64,000 nt of DNA from assembly GCA_051362555.1 (NCBI GenBank), contig CM120646.1, positions 10,478,001 through 10,542,000 of the forward strand. The letters are read 5' to 3'. The DNA is from Lingula anatina (lineage: Eukaryota > Animalia > Brachiopoda). Of this stretch, positions 25,650 through 38,491 are shown piece after piece. Under the pieces are notes generated by a model. The model worked only from the letters and a program-made list of their open reading frames with translations, had not been told where the DNA came from and made no database searches. A program made the translations under genes and the position numbers. Each line of letters begins with the position of its first letter. The first letter of the stretch is position 1.

Positions 25650-28600
25650 ACCTGCATAATTATCACTGCTTCCTTATTATTAATCTAGCAGAGAGCTTAA
25701 CTTTTGGGAGTTTACAAGGAAATATCAACAAGTGTGCTTTATGTAATCTCCTTTAATGGCCTATCAATTAGGCAAATGACTTTATAACTCAGAAATTAGC
25801 TAAGTGATACCCAAGGGATATTAACAGACTGACCCTCTCAAAGGTCTTTCAGGCCCATAAGTCACATCTTAAGAAAAGCACAAAACAATAATGCACAAAA
25901 TAGGAGACTACCAATTCTGATGCAATAATACATTATGTTAATTTACTGCACAGTCAACATCAAATTTTAATTATGCACAACAGGTAACAACGACAAAAGT
26001 AAAAGCATAAGGCTTCAGGCCCATCAGAGTTCAAGTTTATACTTAGAAAGTGCCAGAATGAGAAAAATGAAAATTTCACACAAAATTGCATAAATTCAAT
26101 AATAAATGATAACCCAATTGACCTGGCTTTCTAATTTGAACTGCATGCCAATCCTAAAAATCATACTTGTAAGTTAAAAATAATAATAAGTAACACAGTT
26201 TTCTTTTCATAATGTTTGCAGTAGCAATGCAAAAATATTGTTGTCAATTTTGATGTAACATTACATAATAAATTATAGAATAATTATCACCAATCTTTGA
26301 TTATTGACAATAAATAGCATGGACATGTAGAAAATTTGATTACCATTCGGCTTCATGTCCATGGGAGCTCCGAGTCCCACAATGAATATGCCAAAAAGAT
26401 AATGAATATTTCACTCAAATGTATAACTTCCAGAAAAAGAAGCCAATTAGACTGCTTTTCCAACTCATTCTGCATTTTAGTCCTGTGTTTCTTTTTTAAA
26501 GGTTTGACAGTCATAATACGGTTTTCCCATAATGCTCATCATAGCAGTAGCACCAAAAATTGTGTTTTCTTCTATTTTGATGCAATATTACATAATGCTT
26601 AACAGCATAATGACCATCAATTTTTAATAATAGAATATTAGTAACATGGACATTCAGAAAACGTGACAAGCAAAGGTCTTCAGGATCATGGAACTTCAAA
26701 GTCACACCTTGAAAATGCCAATAAGTGAAAAATTAAATTTTCACAAAAAACTGTTTAACTGCCAGAAAAAATTACCAAACAGACTGCATTGCCAACTGAA
26801 GCTGTATTTTAGACCCATGTTTCTTTCCTGTAAGTTTGAGAACGGTAATTGACATGATTTTTGTTAAATGGTCATTATGAGAGCAGTGCCCAAAATAGGG
26901 GTTTCTTCAAATTTTGATGCAATATTACATAATGTTTAACAGCATAATGACCATCAATTTTTAATAATGGAATATTAGTCACATGAACATTCAGAAAACG
27001 TGACTAGCAAAGGTCTTCAGGCTCATGGAACTTCAAAGTCACACCTTGAAAATGCCAATATGTGAAAAATTAAATTTTCACAAAAAAACTGTTTAACTGC
27101 CAGAAAAAAATTACCAAACAGACTGCATTGCCAACTGAAGCTGTATTTTAGCCCCATGTTTCTTTCCTGTAAGTTTGAAAACAGTAAGTGACATGGCTTT
27201 TCTTAAATGGTCATCATGGGAGCAGTGCCCAAAATAGGGGTTTCTTCAAATTTTGATGCAATATTACATAATGTTTAACAGCATAATGACCATCAATTTT
27301 TAATTATAAAATATTAGTATCATGGATATTCAGAAAATGTCATTAGCAAAGGTCTGCAGGCTCATGAAACTTCAAAGTCACATCTTAAAAATGCCAAAAT
27401 GTAAACAAGACAGCACTGTTCTGAAATGGGTTTATTTCCATTTTTAACATTTTTTTAACATAAAACAAAATAAACAGTTTGTTGCCATTTTTATATGACC
27501 AACTAAGAAAATTGATGAGATGGGAAAAATATCAATAGAACAGTGTTTTATGTCCAATTTCCTCCATTCTGAGATTCTGAACATAGTGGATGATTGAATC
27601 TGACAAACTGCAATGATGAGTTTATTACCATTTCTGACACTTTATTACACAATACACGATAACAAGTTTACCATCATTTTTACACAATCAATTAACAATG
27701 TTGTAAAGATGCAGGAAATATCAAACAAACACTTTTACGTATCTTATTAGTTAAATAATGAGACTGTTAACATGCCTAATAATTGAATCTGAGGAAATGT
27801 GAAAAAACAGCATAACTTCTAAAATAAAGGCCCGATCATGATGATATTCGAACTTGACCTGCGTATTATGAATATCCATCAGTTCTGTTAGTTTCAAGCC
27901 AAAAGGTAAAATTTTTTTTCACTTATCATGATATCGGTGTTGCATAAATGCTGAGAAAAGTGAAAAAACAGCGTAACTTCCCTAAAAATGACCCGATCAT
28001 GCTGATTTTCGAACTTGACCTGCGGATTATGAATATTCATCAGTTTTGTAAGTTTCAAGCCAAAAAGTAAAATGGTTTTCCACTTATCGTGTTATCGGTG
28101 CTGCATATATGCTGAAAAAAGTGAAAAAACAGCATAACTTCCCTAAAAATGGCCAGATCATGCTGATTTTCGAACTTGACCTGCGAATTAGGAATATTCA
28201 CCAGTTCTGTAAGTTTCAAGCCAAAAGCAAAAACAGTGTTCCACTTATCGTGTTATCGGTAAAAGTGCACGACGGCGACGACGGTGCCGACGGCGACGAC
28301 GGCGACGACAGACGCAGATGATGGCTATATGTACAGACACATCTGTGTCTGTACATAAAAAGGACCCCCCCCCCAAATGTTGTGCTTGGCAAGGTCTACA
28401 AAATGCAATAAACAAGATTTTCAATTTTTTTGCTGAAATTAACATTTAAAACAAAATCATGGGGAAAAGTGTGGTTCATGGCAAAAAGTAGGTCTAAGGT
28501 CAATTTCAATATCATAGTTAGGGTCTATTCCCACAACTTTAGATCGATCTATCACCGCGGGGAGTCTCACTAGATTACTGTCAGATAATCCCCCTTAAGT

Positions 28601-31600
28601 GTCCGTCCCTGCCTACTACAAGCTGTAAGGGTTAATTAACTTTCGTGTCCGCCCGGCTGACAGCTATTTAGCGTGAACCCCCAGGGAGTTAGGGCGATCT
28701 AAAGTAGGTCGATCTAATCTATGGAAATGGGGTGTTAGATTGCAAGTATATGACTTCTTATTCAAGCTCAATAATGGGCATATCTCGGCCAGTTTTGAAG
28801 ATACAAGTGACTAAAATGGGTGTATCTTTACTAATTTTGGAGTTGCAGTAATGCACCATGAATTCTATACAGAAGAAATTAATTGAAATAAAGAACAGAT
28901 CATTTTGGTCGAAGTTCATGAAATGGGAGGTGATCAGAAATTCCAAATGTTCAAATTTCATGAAATTCTGTCATTTTATGACTGGAAGTTGTCTGTCCCT
29001 AGCTTAGCCTTATTTTTTTATATTCCCCGACATTCAAAATTACATGGCAAATTACCGTATTTCATATTTTATTTTCACTACCATATTGTACTTTTTGATA
29101 AAGCACAACTCTATACCATATGGAAAACAAAACACGGACATCTCCTCCAGTGTTGACAAGCTATACAAAATGCAAAAAAAACAAAAGGTCTCTAGCATTT
29201 ATGGTTCCAGAATTAGCTCTAGAGAGTTCTTAGTTTCGGCATCTAATGGCCGCTACACCCGTGAAAATGCACCAATTGACCCCAAACTCACGAATATGAA
29301 AGATGACCCTAAGGGTAACACATGCCAATAATATTATGGGGAAGGTCTGTGTATTTTCTGAAAATCGGCAGAAATAAACATTTTTTTTTTTTACAAAAAA
29401 TTCCCATTTTTAGAAAATTTTGGCCTATTTGACCTTGAATAAAAGGTCAAATCCAAGGGCACATTTGAAATCTTTACGCCTACACTGGTGGTGCATTTAT
29501 ATGGAAAAGTTGTACTCATATTCAGCTGGAATTTTTCACACTTAACTAACAAATACCATATTTCAGCACTTGGTGTTAAATGACATTGTGGCTGTTAATA
29601 CTTCACTACTATCCATGATGAAAATGAGGAGAGGTACCTTTTAAATTTCAGGACAACAAAAAGAATCCATCTCCATTATATCACCATTTTACATGAAAAT
29701 AGAAGAAAATTCTAAATGTAACTTATGATGGCAATGCATGATGGATATGAATCCCAATTATTGGGCTATAAACTTGCATTTATACATATTTTCTCATTAA
29801 AATCTCAACATTCTTCAAAATTCACGACATATTTTAAAATATCTTAGGAATTTTAGGAATTAAAAGGAATTTGAAGAAAATATAGGAATTTTATGAACCA
29901 AGTTAAAACTTTAGGAACACCAGACACCCTGCAGTAATGACACTGTTTAATTCTCCTTATACATGTACAATGTTTAGCATGAGTTCCGATTCATACATTT
30001 CTTCTTGTTTATTTGTGACTCTACCAATGTTATCTGCCTTGCTGGCAGGTTGCTAGACAGAGGTTAACTATTACTAATTATAATTAGATCATTTTTCAAA
30101 CTAAGGCTGCAGTATCAATTCAGACAATGGTTTTCAACAGATCATCTGGTATTCCAGAACCATTTAGAGTGCAAAGGTCACTGTAGTAGTAACTCTTACT
30201 TATGTTATGTAAACACTTACTTATGTATCGATGTCAATTGAATATTATGTTGCTTGGGAGATAAACTGTAATGCCTCTCCACAGTCTCATCTTTTTGAAA
30301 GTGCGTCTTTATGTTTGCTTGGAAAATAAGCCAGTAATGTCTCTCCACAGTCTCATCTTTGACCCCATTCCCATAGATTTTAGATCAATCGATTCCTGTG
30401 GGGTGTCTCACTAGATTACTGTCAGCTTAGCCGGCTTAAGTGTCTGTCCCGCCTACTGAAAGCTGTAAGGGGGTAATTAACTATGGTGCGCGCTCGGCTG
30501 ACTGCAATTTAGTGTGAACCCCAGGGAGTTAGGTCAATCTAAATCTTAATCTCTGGATCAATCTAAATCTCTGGGAATGCACCCTTTATAACAAGAGCGC
30601 CCTTTCACATGTGACTGAGAATCCTATCTTAAGTATGTTACTAATCTTACTTGGGTTTACAAGTGTTGTCAAGGTGTTTGTTTCCTGTACGAGATGGAGG
30701 CACAAGACTACACCTCCCAGAAACCAATGAAGAGTACAAGTGATTCTATGTTACTCGTTTTTATTTACATCAGTTAAGGATGGTAAATTGGGTTATTGTT
30801 AAAACATACATTGTCAAACTCACATTAACAGGATTACCTTGATATAGGCATTTTGGCAGGGTGCAGCGCTGTCTCCTGGAACGAGTGCACTGCTTCATCT
30901 TGTTGGAACACAACCAAAGCATACTGACTGTCCTTTTATGAAAAGAAAAAAAATAATAATAGAAGTTACTAGAGGATCAGAGAGGCAGTACTGCCTCCGG
31001 GTATTGTACCACCAGCTGGAGTAAGCGCATTCGTAAGGAATAGCAAAAATAGGGACATCACCTCCAGTGTTGTGCTTGACAAGCTCTACAAAATGCAGTA
31101 AACAAATGTTCTCAATTTTTTTGTTGAAAATAACCATTTAAAACAAAATCATGGGTAAAATGTTTTATTCCAAATTTGTGAAGTGCGGTTCATGCCGAAA
31201 AGTAGGTCAAAGGTCAATTTCAAGATCACAGTTATATTGCCAGTATATGACTGCCTATTCAAGTTCAATAGTAACTATGGGCATATCACGCTAGGTTTGG
31301 GGATATAATGGATACGGTAAAGTCTTGAAAATTTCGACGTTCTTGATAATTTCATCGAGAGGCGATTTTCCGCCGACGTAATTTTTTTTCTCTTTGAAAA
31401 TTTCGTCGAACCTGAAAATGAGCCTATCGATAATATTTGAAAAGCTCGTCACCTAATATGGCCGCGTTGTAAAGCTCAAACATGTAGTTAATGCATCAGT
31501 TGATTCAAGACAATAATACGCTCAGGATATCATTGACGATAACACTCTCAATGGGAGATAGGAACAATAGTGCGCCCATGCAAGCGGCTACTCACGAGAA

Positions 31601-34600
31601 TCGTTCGCGTAATATCCTCAGGACTTTGTTGGCGTAAGATCATCAGAGGGGGATCGTTTGCGATCCTAGCTAGACGAAAAGGAAATTTTCATATCTTCAT
31701 CGGGAGATTGTTAAGCAATAAGCAATAATAAAATGTACTTTTCATATTAGTTCAAGGAACTTAGTTTGCGGAAGATCGTCAGCGGGAGATCATTATTTTA
31801 ACCCCCCCCCCTCTCCCCCGCTCACGGCACTTGGAAAAGTTGGACTCCCTGTAAATTTTTAAGGAAGTTACAGATGGTAGTTTTAGAAGGCCTGACACTC
31901 AATTCTGGGAAAAGCCCTGCATGCGACAAACATTGCCAAGTGTGTAATTTTTTTTATATGTCGCGTCAAGTTTATGATGCAAGGTTGCAATTAGGCTTAT
32001 CTTGATCCTTCTCCTATATCAGGAGGTATGTCGTAGTCTACGTTGCCGTCTGGTGGTACGGATAGCAAGAAAGGTCGTTGCCATATTGGATACAAAGACA
32101 AACGACAGACAACGGTAACTAAGCAACCTTTCTATTTCATTCATTACACATGCGTACGATGAAACTCTCGAGTTAGCGACTGGTCTCACCAGTCGCTAAA
32201 TATCCATAGTAACGACACAATAAAGAGCGAGAGAACTAGCGATAGCTTCGTGAAACGGCACTCATAACTAGCGAGAGGCTAACTACCGATCTATAACTAA
32301 CTACTGCTTCGTGAAACCGGCCCATAGGCTTTTCACTGCCAGTTTTGGAGATAAAAGGGATGGACACCTTGCAAAGTTCAGTTCCTGGTGAAAAGTAGGT
32401 CAAAGGTCAATTTTAAGGTTGGATTGCCAGTATATATCTTCCTATTCAAGTTCATTAGTAACTATGGAAGTATCTCTCTCAGTTTTGGAGATATAAGTAG
32501 GCCAAAGGTCAATTTCAAGGTCACATTTAGATTACCGGTATTTGACTTCCTATCCAACCTCAATAGTAACTAAGGGCCAGTTTTGAAGATATAAGGGACT
32601 TAAATGTTGCAAAGTTCAGTTCATGATGAAAATTAGGTCAAAGATCAATTTCAAGGTCAAGGTTAGATTATCAGTATATGACTTCCTATTCAAGTTCAAT
32701 AGTAACAATGGGGGTATCTCTGCCAGTTTTGGAGATATAAGGGACGGAAAATTTGCAAAGTTCAGTTCACAGTGAATAGCAGGTCAAAAGCCAATATCAA
32801 GGTCACAGTTAGGTTGCCAGTATACGACTTCCTATTCAAGTTCAATAGTAACTATGGGCCTATCTCTGCTAATTTTAGAATATTTCACATTTTATTTTCA
32901 CCAATGAATATTGCAACATCATACATTTTGATACAGCACAACTCCTAAACCATATTGAAAACAAAAAACGGACACCACCCCCAGTATTGCACTTGAAAAA
33001 TTCTACAAAATGCAAAAATTCAGAGGTCTACAGCATTTACGGTTCAAGAATTAGGGAGAGTTTTCAGTTTTGGTATCTAATGGCTGCTTCTCCAGTGAAA
33101 ATGCACTGACTGACCCCAAAAATGAAAGGAGTCCCTAATTGTAAACTTCCCCCCCCCCTCCCCCCCCCCCCCCCCCCCCCCCCCCCCGTAATATGAGAGC
33201 CTCGGTCTGTGTAGTTTCTGAAAATTGGCACAAACAAATTTTTTTTTTTTTTTTTGCAAAAAATTCCCATTTTTTCGAAAATTTTGGCCTGTTTGACCTT
33301 GAAATAAAGGTCAAAGGTCAAATCCAAGGGCATATTTGGAATCTTCACATATGACTTTCGGTCAGACTTCTATAGTAATTTTTCCCATAATTCCCTCGGT
33401 TTGGGAGATATTTGGCATTGAATTTTCAAAAATTTTGACAAGGGTGCGTTTCAACGAGCATCACGCCCAGGCAAATGCACCGACTGAGATAAAAAAACCA
33501 GGGGCTTTAAGTTGAGATTATATGTGACCTAAATCCAAGAGATGGGGACACGAGTTCTTGTTGTCTAAGAGGAGAAACAGTAACGGTGACTTGTATCCAG
33601 CCAGCAGAGCAAACGGAGCTGCACGAGACGGATCGGGACTAAAACCATGAGTATCGCCAGCGTAAACACTGGTGGTACTAATAATAATACTGCAAGAACT
33701 CTCAATGAGAGAAATGGACATCTTTTTATGTATTATCATTTTTGCATTCCAAAATAAAATAAAAGGGCACTCTTTTAGATTAGAAGTTTTTTTGTTTTTT
33801 TTTTTTACCTTTTTATTAATGGGGATATAATGGGCCAGTTCCCCAAATGTCTGTAGATGGTAATAGAGCTTAGAATGTGTTTCTTTATCCAAATTAAAAG
33901 AAAATAGAAGGCTTCTGCGTGCAATTTCATCCCACTGTCCAAGTTGTCCTTCATAATCAAGGCCTGTGGTACCAATTTCTGGCTTGACATCTGAAAGTTC
34001 CAAATAAAGGATTTATTAAACACTTAATCCCAATCTGTACTCATTGTGAATAAAGCACCCCAGTTTTTCAACCATCCCTTCACTTCCTTTTCAGGTACTG
34101 GGCCATTACTGTTGAGTCAGTGATCAGTTTTCTGTACAAATGTTAGTTCTAGATGCTAGTGCTAGAGATGGAAAAATCTGCTTAACACTTAATTTGCAGG
34201 TGTATAAATATACCAATTTTTAAAATTAGTTTTTCATTTAACTTTTCAATGTCTTTGACATATGAAATAACAGCAAATGTTCACCCCAGCTAACTGCACA
34301 GAAATTCATCCATAAGCACTCCTAATTACAGAAACTGTATGTGATATATACTGTTGTGCTAACACATGTATGCTGGGAAAACTGGTTGAATATTCAATTT
34401 TTTTTCATTTTTTTAACCCAACAATTAACCATCAAACTTTCAAATATTTTCAATATATTCTTCATAAATTATACTAAAAGTATATATGTTAAAATGATCA
34501 CCAAATATCAAATAAATAGCTTTTTTAGGGGGGGAGTCATTGGGTGGTAAAATACACATTTTTAATTTTCTTATTTTCTCATGAAAATTTTTCACCTGCA

Positions 34601-37600
34601 AACTAACAAAAAGTGCCAATGTATCCTCCATTATGTATACTACAAAGTCACACACTCAAATGAAATAAAATTTATAAAGCTTTGTGTGATGGGAATCAAA
34701 ATTTCATGGGGGTAGTCATATTTACCTCCGCCAATGCAAGGAGGTTATGTTTTCACCCCTGTCTGTCTGTCTGTTTGTCATCAACATACCTCAAAAAGTA
34801 ATGGATGTATTTCGATGGAATTTTCAGGGTAGGTCAGAAATGGGTTAACTTGGTGGTGATCTGGATCAATAATCATTCAATAATAAAAAATCAAAAAACT
34901 AAGTTATGGACCGATTTTGATGAAATTTTCAGGAACTGTCAGAAGTGGGCCAAGGAACAGATGAGGAACATTATGAAATTTCGACTGGGGAAGTCAGATT
35001 TTCATGTTACACCAGACTGGTATATGCACCAAGTATATGTTGTCAGGCTTCTGCAACATAGTTATTACATGTACTACATTAAAATTACAAGGAGGGTAAT
35101 GGCAGTAGGAAAAAGTACATGCAGCATAGGTCCCATATCATTCAAAAATGACAGGAAAAAGAAAAAGTTATACAACTGATATGTTATTGTACAATATGAC
35201 ACTAACCACGCTTTTGCATTGGAATTCTGATCAATTTAAACCACTGCAAAGTAACAAAAGTATTTTTATTTACAGCAATTTCTAGCAATTCTGATATCAT
35301 ATTTTGTTATAATGTTCTCGATTAGTGCTTACTACTTCAATGAATCTCTCTGCCTATGTTTTATCTTGTCTCCTTGGTATAGTACAGTTTACATGTTACC
35401 AGCTTCTGCTGGAAGCAAAAAAGGTCAAATATCCAGGTCACATAGTTCAAATGCCTCCTAATACATTCTTGCTGCATCGGATTGAAGTGTTTCCCTTATA
35501 TTCAAACAACATTAAGGCTTTTGAATAAAACAGAAAGGGCAGGTGGTCAGAAAAGTTAGTGTCTAGCCCTGTGGCTACGCTGTTTCTTTTACAGTATTTG
35601 GCATGCATTTCTTTCAAACGTTAGCACAACTGTTTAAAGTACACATGAAATACTGTATCAGGAAATGTTAACGACTAAATTTTCGGAATTACCGAGCGAC
35701 CCATGCAGGCCTTGGTTTTCAATACTTGTCAATAGAGTTTTGAATGAGCATTACGTACATTTCATGTCAAAACATAGAACAATTTCCAAATGATAACCAA
35801 AACTCATTTATCTAAATAGCAGAGACACTGCTCGAAGTGACCAAATAATTTCATAATGAAAAGATTTTGAAAATCAACAAGGCAGCAAAGCTGTCAAATG
35901 TACAGACAAAAAGCAGGAAATAACAAAAAAAGGCTACTGTCAATTCTGATGCAAAAGTACATTTTGTTAAACTGCAAATTCAACATCAAATTTTAATTAT
36001 GCTCAACAGGTAAAATACATCTGTGTCTGTACATAAAAACGGCATTTCTTTAAAATAATGGCCCGATTATGCTGATTTTTGAACTCAACCTGCGATTAAG
36101 CAGGAATGACCACTCCTGTGAGTTTAATGACAATTGGCCTAAAGTGAAAAAAAAAAGCATAACTACTAAAATAGTGGCCCGATCATGCCGATTTTTGAAC
36201 TTGACCTGTGTTTTAGTAAGATCAATTACTCTGCATTTTAGTCCTGTATTTCTTTTTTGAAAGTTTGACAATCATAAGTAACATGGTTTTCCCATAATGG
36301 TCATCTTGGCAGCAGCACCCAAAATTGTGTTTTCTTCTATTCTGATGCAATATTACATAATGGTTAACAGCAAAATGACCGTTAATTTTTAATAATAAAA
36401 TACATGTATCATGGATTTTCAGAAAATGTGACTAGCATGGGACTAGCAAGCCCGTGGAACATGCTGATTTTCGAACTTGACCTGTGTTATAGTAAGATCA
36501 ATTACTCCTGTGATTTTCATGACAACAGGCCTATCGGTTTTCCTTAAAATGTGTTTACAGTGTTGCATATATGCTGAAAAGTGAAAAAACAGCATAACTT
36601 CTACAATAATGGCCCGATCATGCTGATTTTTTAACTTGACCTGCGTTTTATGAATATTCATCAGCTCTGTAAATATACAGCCAAAAAGTAAAACTGCCTT
36701 CCACTTATCATGTTTACAATGAAAGTGCACGGTACCGGCAACGACGGCGACGACAGACGCAGGTGATGGCAATATGTACAGACACATCTGTACATATTTA
36801 CTGTACTGTTTGAGAACAGTAAGTGACATGGTTTTTCTTAAATGGTCATCATGGGAGCAGTGCCCAAAATAGTTTTTTTTTTCAAATTTTGATGCAATAT
36901 TACATAATGTTTAACAGCATAATGACCATCAATTTTTAATAATAAAATATTAGTATCATGGATATTCAGAAAATGTGACTAGCAAAGGTCTTCAGGCCCA
37001 TGGAACTTCAAAGTCACAACTTGAAAATGCCAGAATGTAAACAAGACAGCACTGTTCTGAAATGTTTTTTTTCCATTTTTAACACTTTTTTTAACATAAA
37101 ACAAAATTAACAGGTTACTGCCATTTTTATACGATCAACTAAGAAAATTGATGAGATGGGAAAAATATCAATACAACAGTGTTAAATGTCCAATTTCCTC
37201 CATTCTGAGATTCTGAACATAGTGAATGATTGAATCTGACAAACTGCAATGATATGAGTTTATTTCCATTTTGGAAACTTTATTACACAATACACGATAA
37301 CAAGTTTACCATCATTTTTACATAATCAACTAACAATGTTGTAAAGATGCAGGAAATGTCAAACAAACACTTTTACGTATCTTATTAGTTCATTAATGAG
37401 ACTGTTGACATGCCTAACAGTTGAATCTGAGGAAATTTGAAAAAACAGCATAACTTCTAAAATAATGGCCCGATTATGCTGATTTTCAAAACTCAACCTG
37501 CGTTTTAGTAAGATTGACCACTCCTGTGAGTTAAATGACAATTGGCCTATCTGTTTTTCTTATATTGTGTTTACAGTGTTGTATATATGCTGAAAAATGA

Positions 37601-38198
37601 AAAAACAGCATAACTACTAAAATAGTGGCCCGATCATGCCGATTTTCGAACTTGACCTGCGTTTTAGTAAGATTGATTACTCCTGTGAGTTTCATGACAA
37701 CAGGCCTAACGGTTTTCCTTAAAATGTGTTTACAAGGTTGCATATATGCTGAAAAGTGAAAAAACAGCATAACTTCTACAATAATGGCCCGATCATGCTG
37801 GTTTTCGAACTTGACCTGCGTTTTATGAATATTCATCAGCTCTGTAAATATTAAGCCAAAAAGTAAAACTGCCCTCCACTTATCGTGTTTACAAGGAAAG
37901 TGCACGGCGCCGGCATCGGCATCGGCGACGGCGACGGCGACGACAGACGCAGGTGATGGCAATATGTACAGACACATCTGTGTCTGTACATAAAAATGAA
38001 TATTAGTGTGGGTTACTGCAAATTTGCAGGAATCAAATTGCTCAAACCTGCATCTTCTTCTAGTTTTGGTACTGAATCCAGTACAGAAGAAGTCGCCTCT
38101 ATTCTGGGACCTTCATTTAAGAATCGGCGAAAGTTTATTGTCCACAACTTTGGAGACCGAATGATGGCTGACCGCATTATCGATACCATGTTCACCAT
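4494..38198 (-). CDS. Divergent mitochondrial poly(A) polymerase (MTPAP)/TUT1-family nucleotidyltransferase-like protein, possibly catalytically impaired; about 13 exons
   Basis: Exons 38198-38048, 33990-33809, 30932-30838, 19096-18967, 18475-18254, 13353-13252, 10477-10444 (tentative), 8315-8279 (tentative), 8206-7977, 6722-6651 (tentative), 5980-5930, 5515-5199, 4781-4494. Motifs ARRSLL...LQTFG, YALVVF, VQPFGS...DLDLYL, LDVRVKPLV, TNFMVTALVVSFLQTRTPSILP, SQNSNTTGDLLLEFF and PWGLEALL occur in the same order as in MTPAP. Confidence 0.75.
4954..5173 (+). mobile_element. Miniature family A derivative (termini only)
   Basis: 5' AAAGCTGTCAAATGTACAGAC and 3' TGTGTCTGTACATAAAAA lie about 220 bp apart. 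Confidence 0.5.
8526..8773. mobile_element. Family C PIF/Harbinger-type MITE
   Basis: Long imperfect fold-back structure flanked by TTA on both sides. Confidence 0.7.
10644..10858. mobile_element. Family C MITE
   Basis: CCCATTTCCATAGATTAGATCGA...TCGATCTTAAATCTATGGGAATAG inverted ends; ATA on both flanks. Confidence 0.7.
12960..13168. repeat. Short tandem duplication with about 104-bp period and AAATTCATGG subunits
   Basis: TCATGGTCCATAAAAA...TTTTAAGATC...AAATTCATGGAACATTACCCTATTCCA occurs twice. Confidence 0.6.
13722..17931. mobile_element. Family C MITE split into 13722-13852 and 17816-17931 by the family B cluster
   Basis: The two halves join at GATAA|TTAC to reconstruct the 8526-8773 sequence. 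Confidence 0.75.
13853..17815 (+). mobile_element. Cluster of family B Helentron/HINE-like elements with 146-bp tandem array
   Basis: 5' AACTAGAGGATCAGAGAGGCGATACCGCCTC...GTACCACCAGC at 13936 and 14266; array at about 14810-15530; CGGA-rich tract; 3' hairpins GTACCGCCAGCG...CGCTGGTGGTAC ending near 16503 and 17812. Confidence 0.8.
19200..20053 (+). mobile_element. Family B short copy
   Basis: GATACCGCCTC...GTACCACCAGC head, one array unit, and ACCAGCG...GCTGGTGGTA tail. Confidence 0.7.
20673..28361 (+). mobile_element. Family A outer copy, interrupted by a second full family A copy
   Basis: Starts AACAAGGCAGCAAAGCTGTCAAATGTACAGAC, breaks after TCTCAATATTTGAA (about 21062), resumes at AAATGATGACAG (about 25165) and ends with the hairpin plus AAAAAA at 28361. 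Confidence 0.8.
21063..25165 (+). mobile_element. Family A full-length copy (about 4.1 kb)
   Basis: Both termini present; internal longer duplications, a 161-bp array at about 24230-25045, (GACGGC)n and the 3' hairpin. Confidence 0.85.
28521..28734. mobile_element. Family C MITE inserted in family B
   Basis: Reverse complement of 10644-10858; TTA duplication within the B unit CATAGTTAGATTGC. Confidence 0.75.
30361..30584. mobile_element. Family C MITE
   Basis: Same fold-back sequence; TTT on both flanks. Confidence 0.65.
30968..33681 (+). mobile_element. Family B copy interrupted by a 1-kb CpG-rich insert
   Basis: ACTAGAGGATCAGAGAGGC head, array units either side of 31313-32323, and a CTGGTGGTACTAA end. 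Confidence 0.75.
35876..37995 (+). mobile_element. Rearranged mosaic of family A copies
   Basis: One 5' terminus at 35876 and three 3'-type ends (about 36038, 36796 and 37995). Confidence 0.75.
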
Positions 38199-38491
38199 GT
38201 TCGGTCAGTGAATTTGCCATGCGGATGAACCAAAGATGCTATAGGTGGCAGTACACGCCAAGACAGACCAGTGCCACAGTTGGACTCCTCTTTTTCCCTG
38301 TCTTTACCGTCGATTTTCTCTCCCCCTCGCCCACGTTCACCTAGCACCTTGATTGATTAATGACCCTTAACACCACAGAAAACACCACACTAGATTTTGA
38401 TTTTTAATCTCACAGGTATCTTTTCTCCGATATTTTGTAACAGACTAAAAGCGACACCTGTGATCAGAGCTGTGTATATCGTTCTTGGTGT

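Larger units (their letters stand above)
20594..29495 (+). mobile_element. Family B copy split by family A insertions
   Basis: Head at 20594-20670; body resumes at 28362 (GGACCCCCC...TGTGCTTG, compare 14336) and ends at a degenerate CTGGTGGTGC near 29490. Confidence 0.7.
20425..29931. mobile_element. Non-autonomous TIR DNA transposon (hAT-like CAGGG ends) hosting nested insertions
   Basis: 12-bp TIR CAGGGTGTCTGG / CCAGACACCCTG, flanking direct repeat CAGTAA, and subterminal TTTTAGGAA repeats at both ends. Confidence 0.7.

Noticed and set aside
30651-30707. 57-nt in-frame phase 2-2 exon candidate (LVPPSRTGNKHLDNTCKP)
   Set aside because: Good donor but a purine-rich, weak acceptor; not needed for homology or frame.
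33518-34003. 161-aa ORF as a single coding unit
   Set aside because: Only 33990-33809 is exonic; the rest runs through intron and the end of a family B element.
35329-35410. Possible extra exon between MTPAP-like exons 1 and 2
   Set aside because: Stops in all frames between the apparent acceptor and donor; exons 1 and 2 already join in phase.
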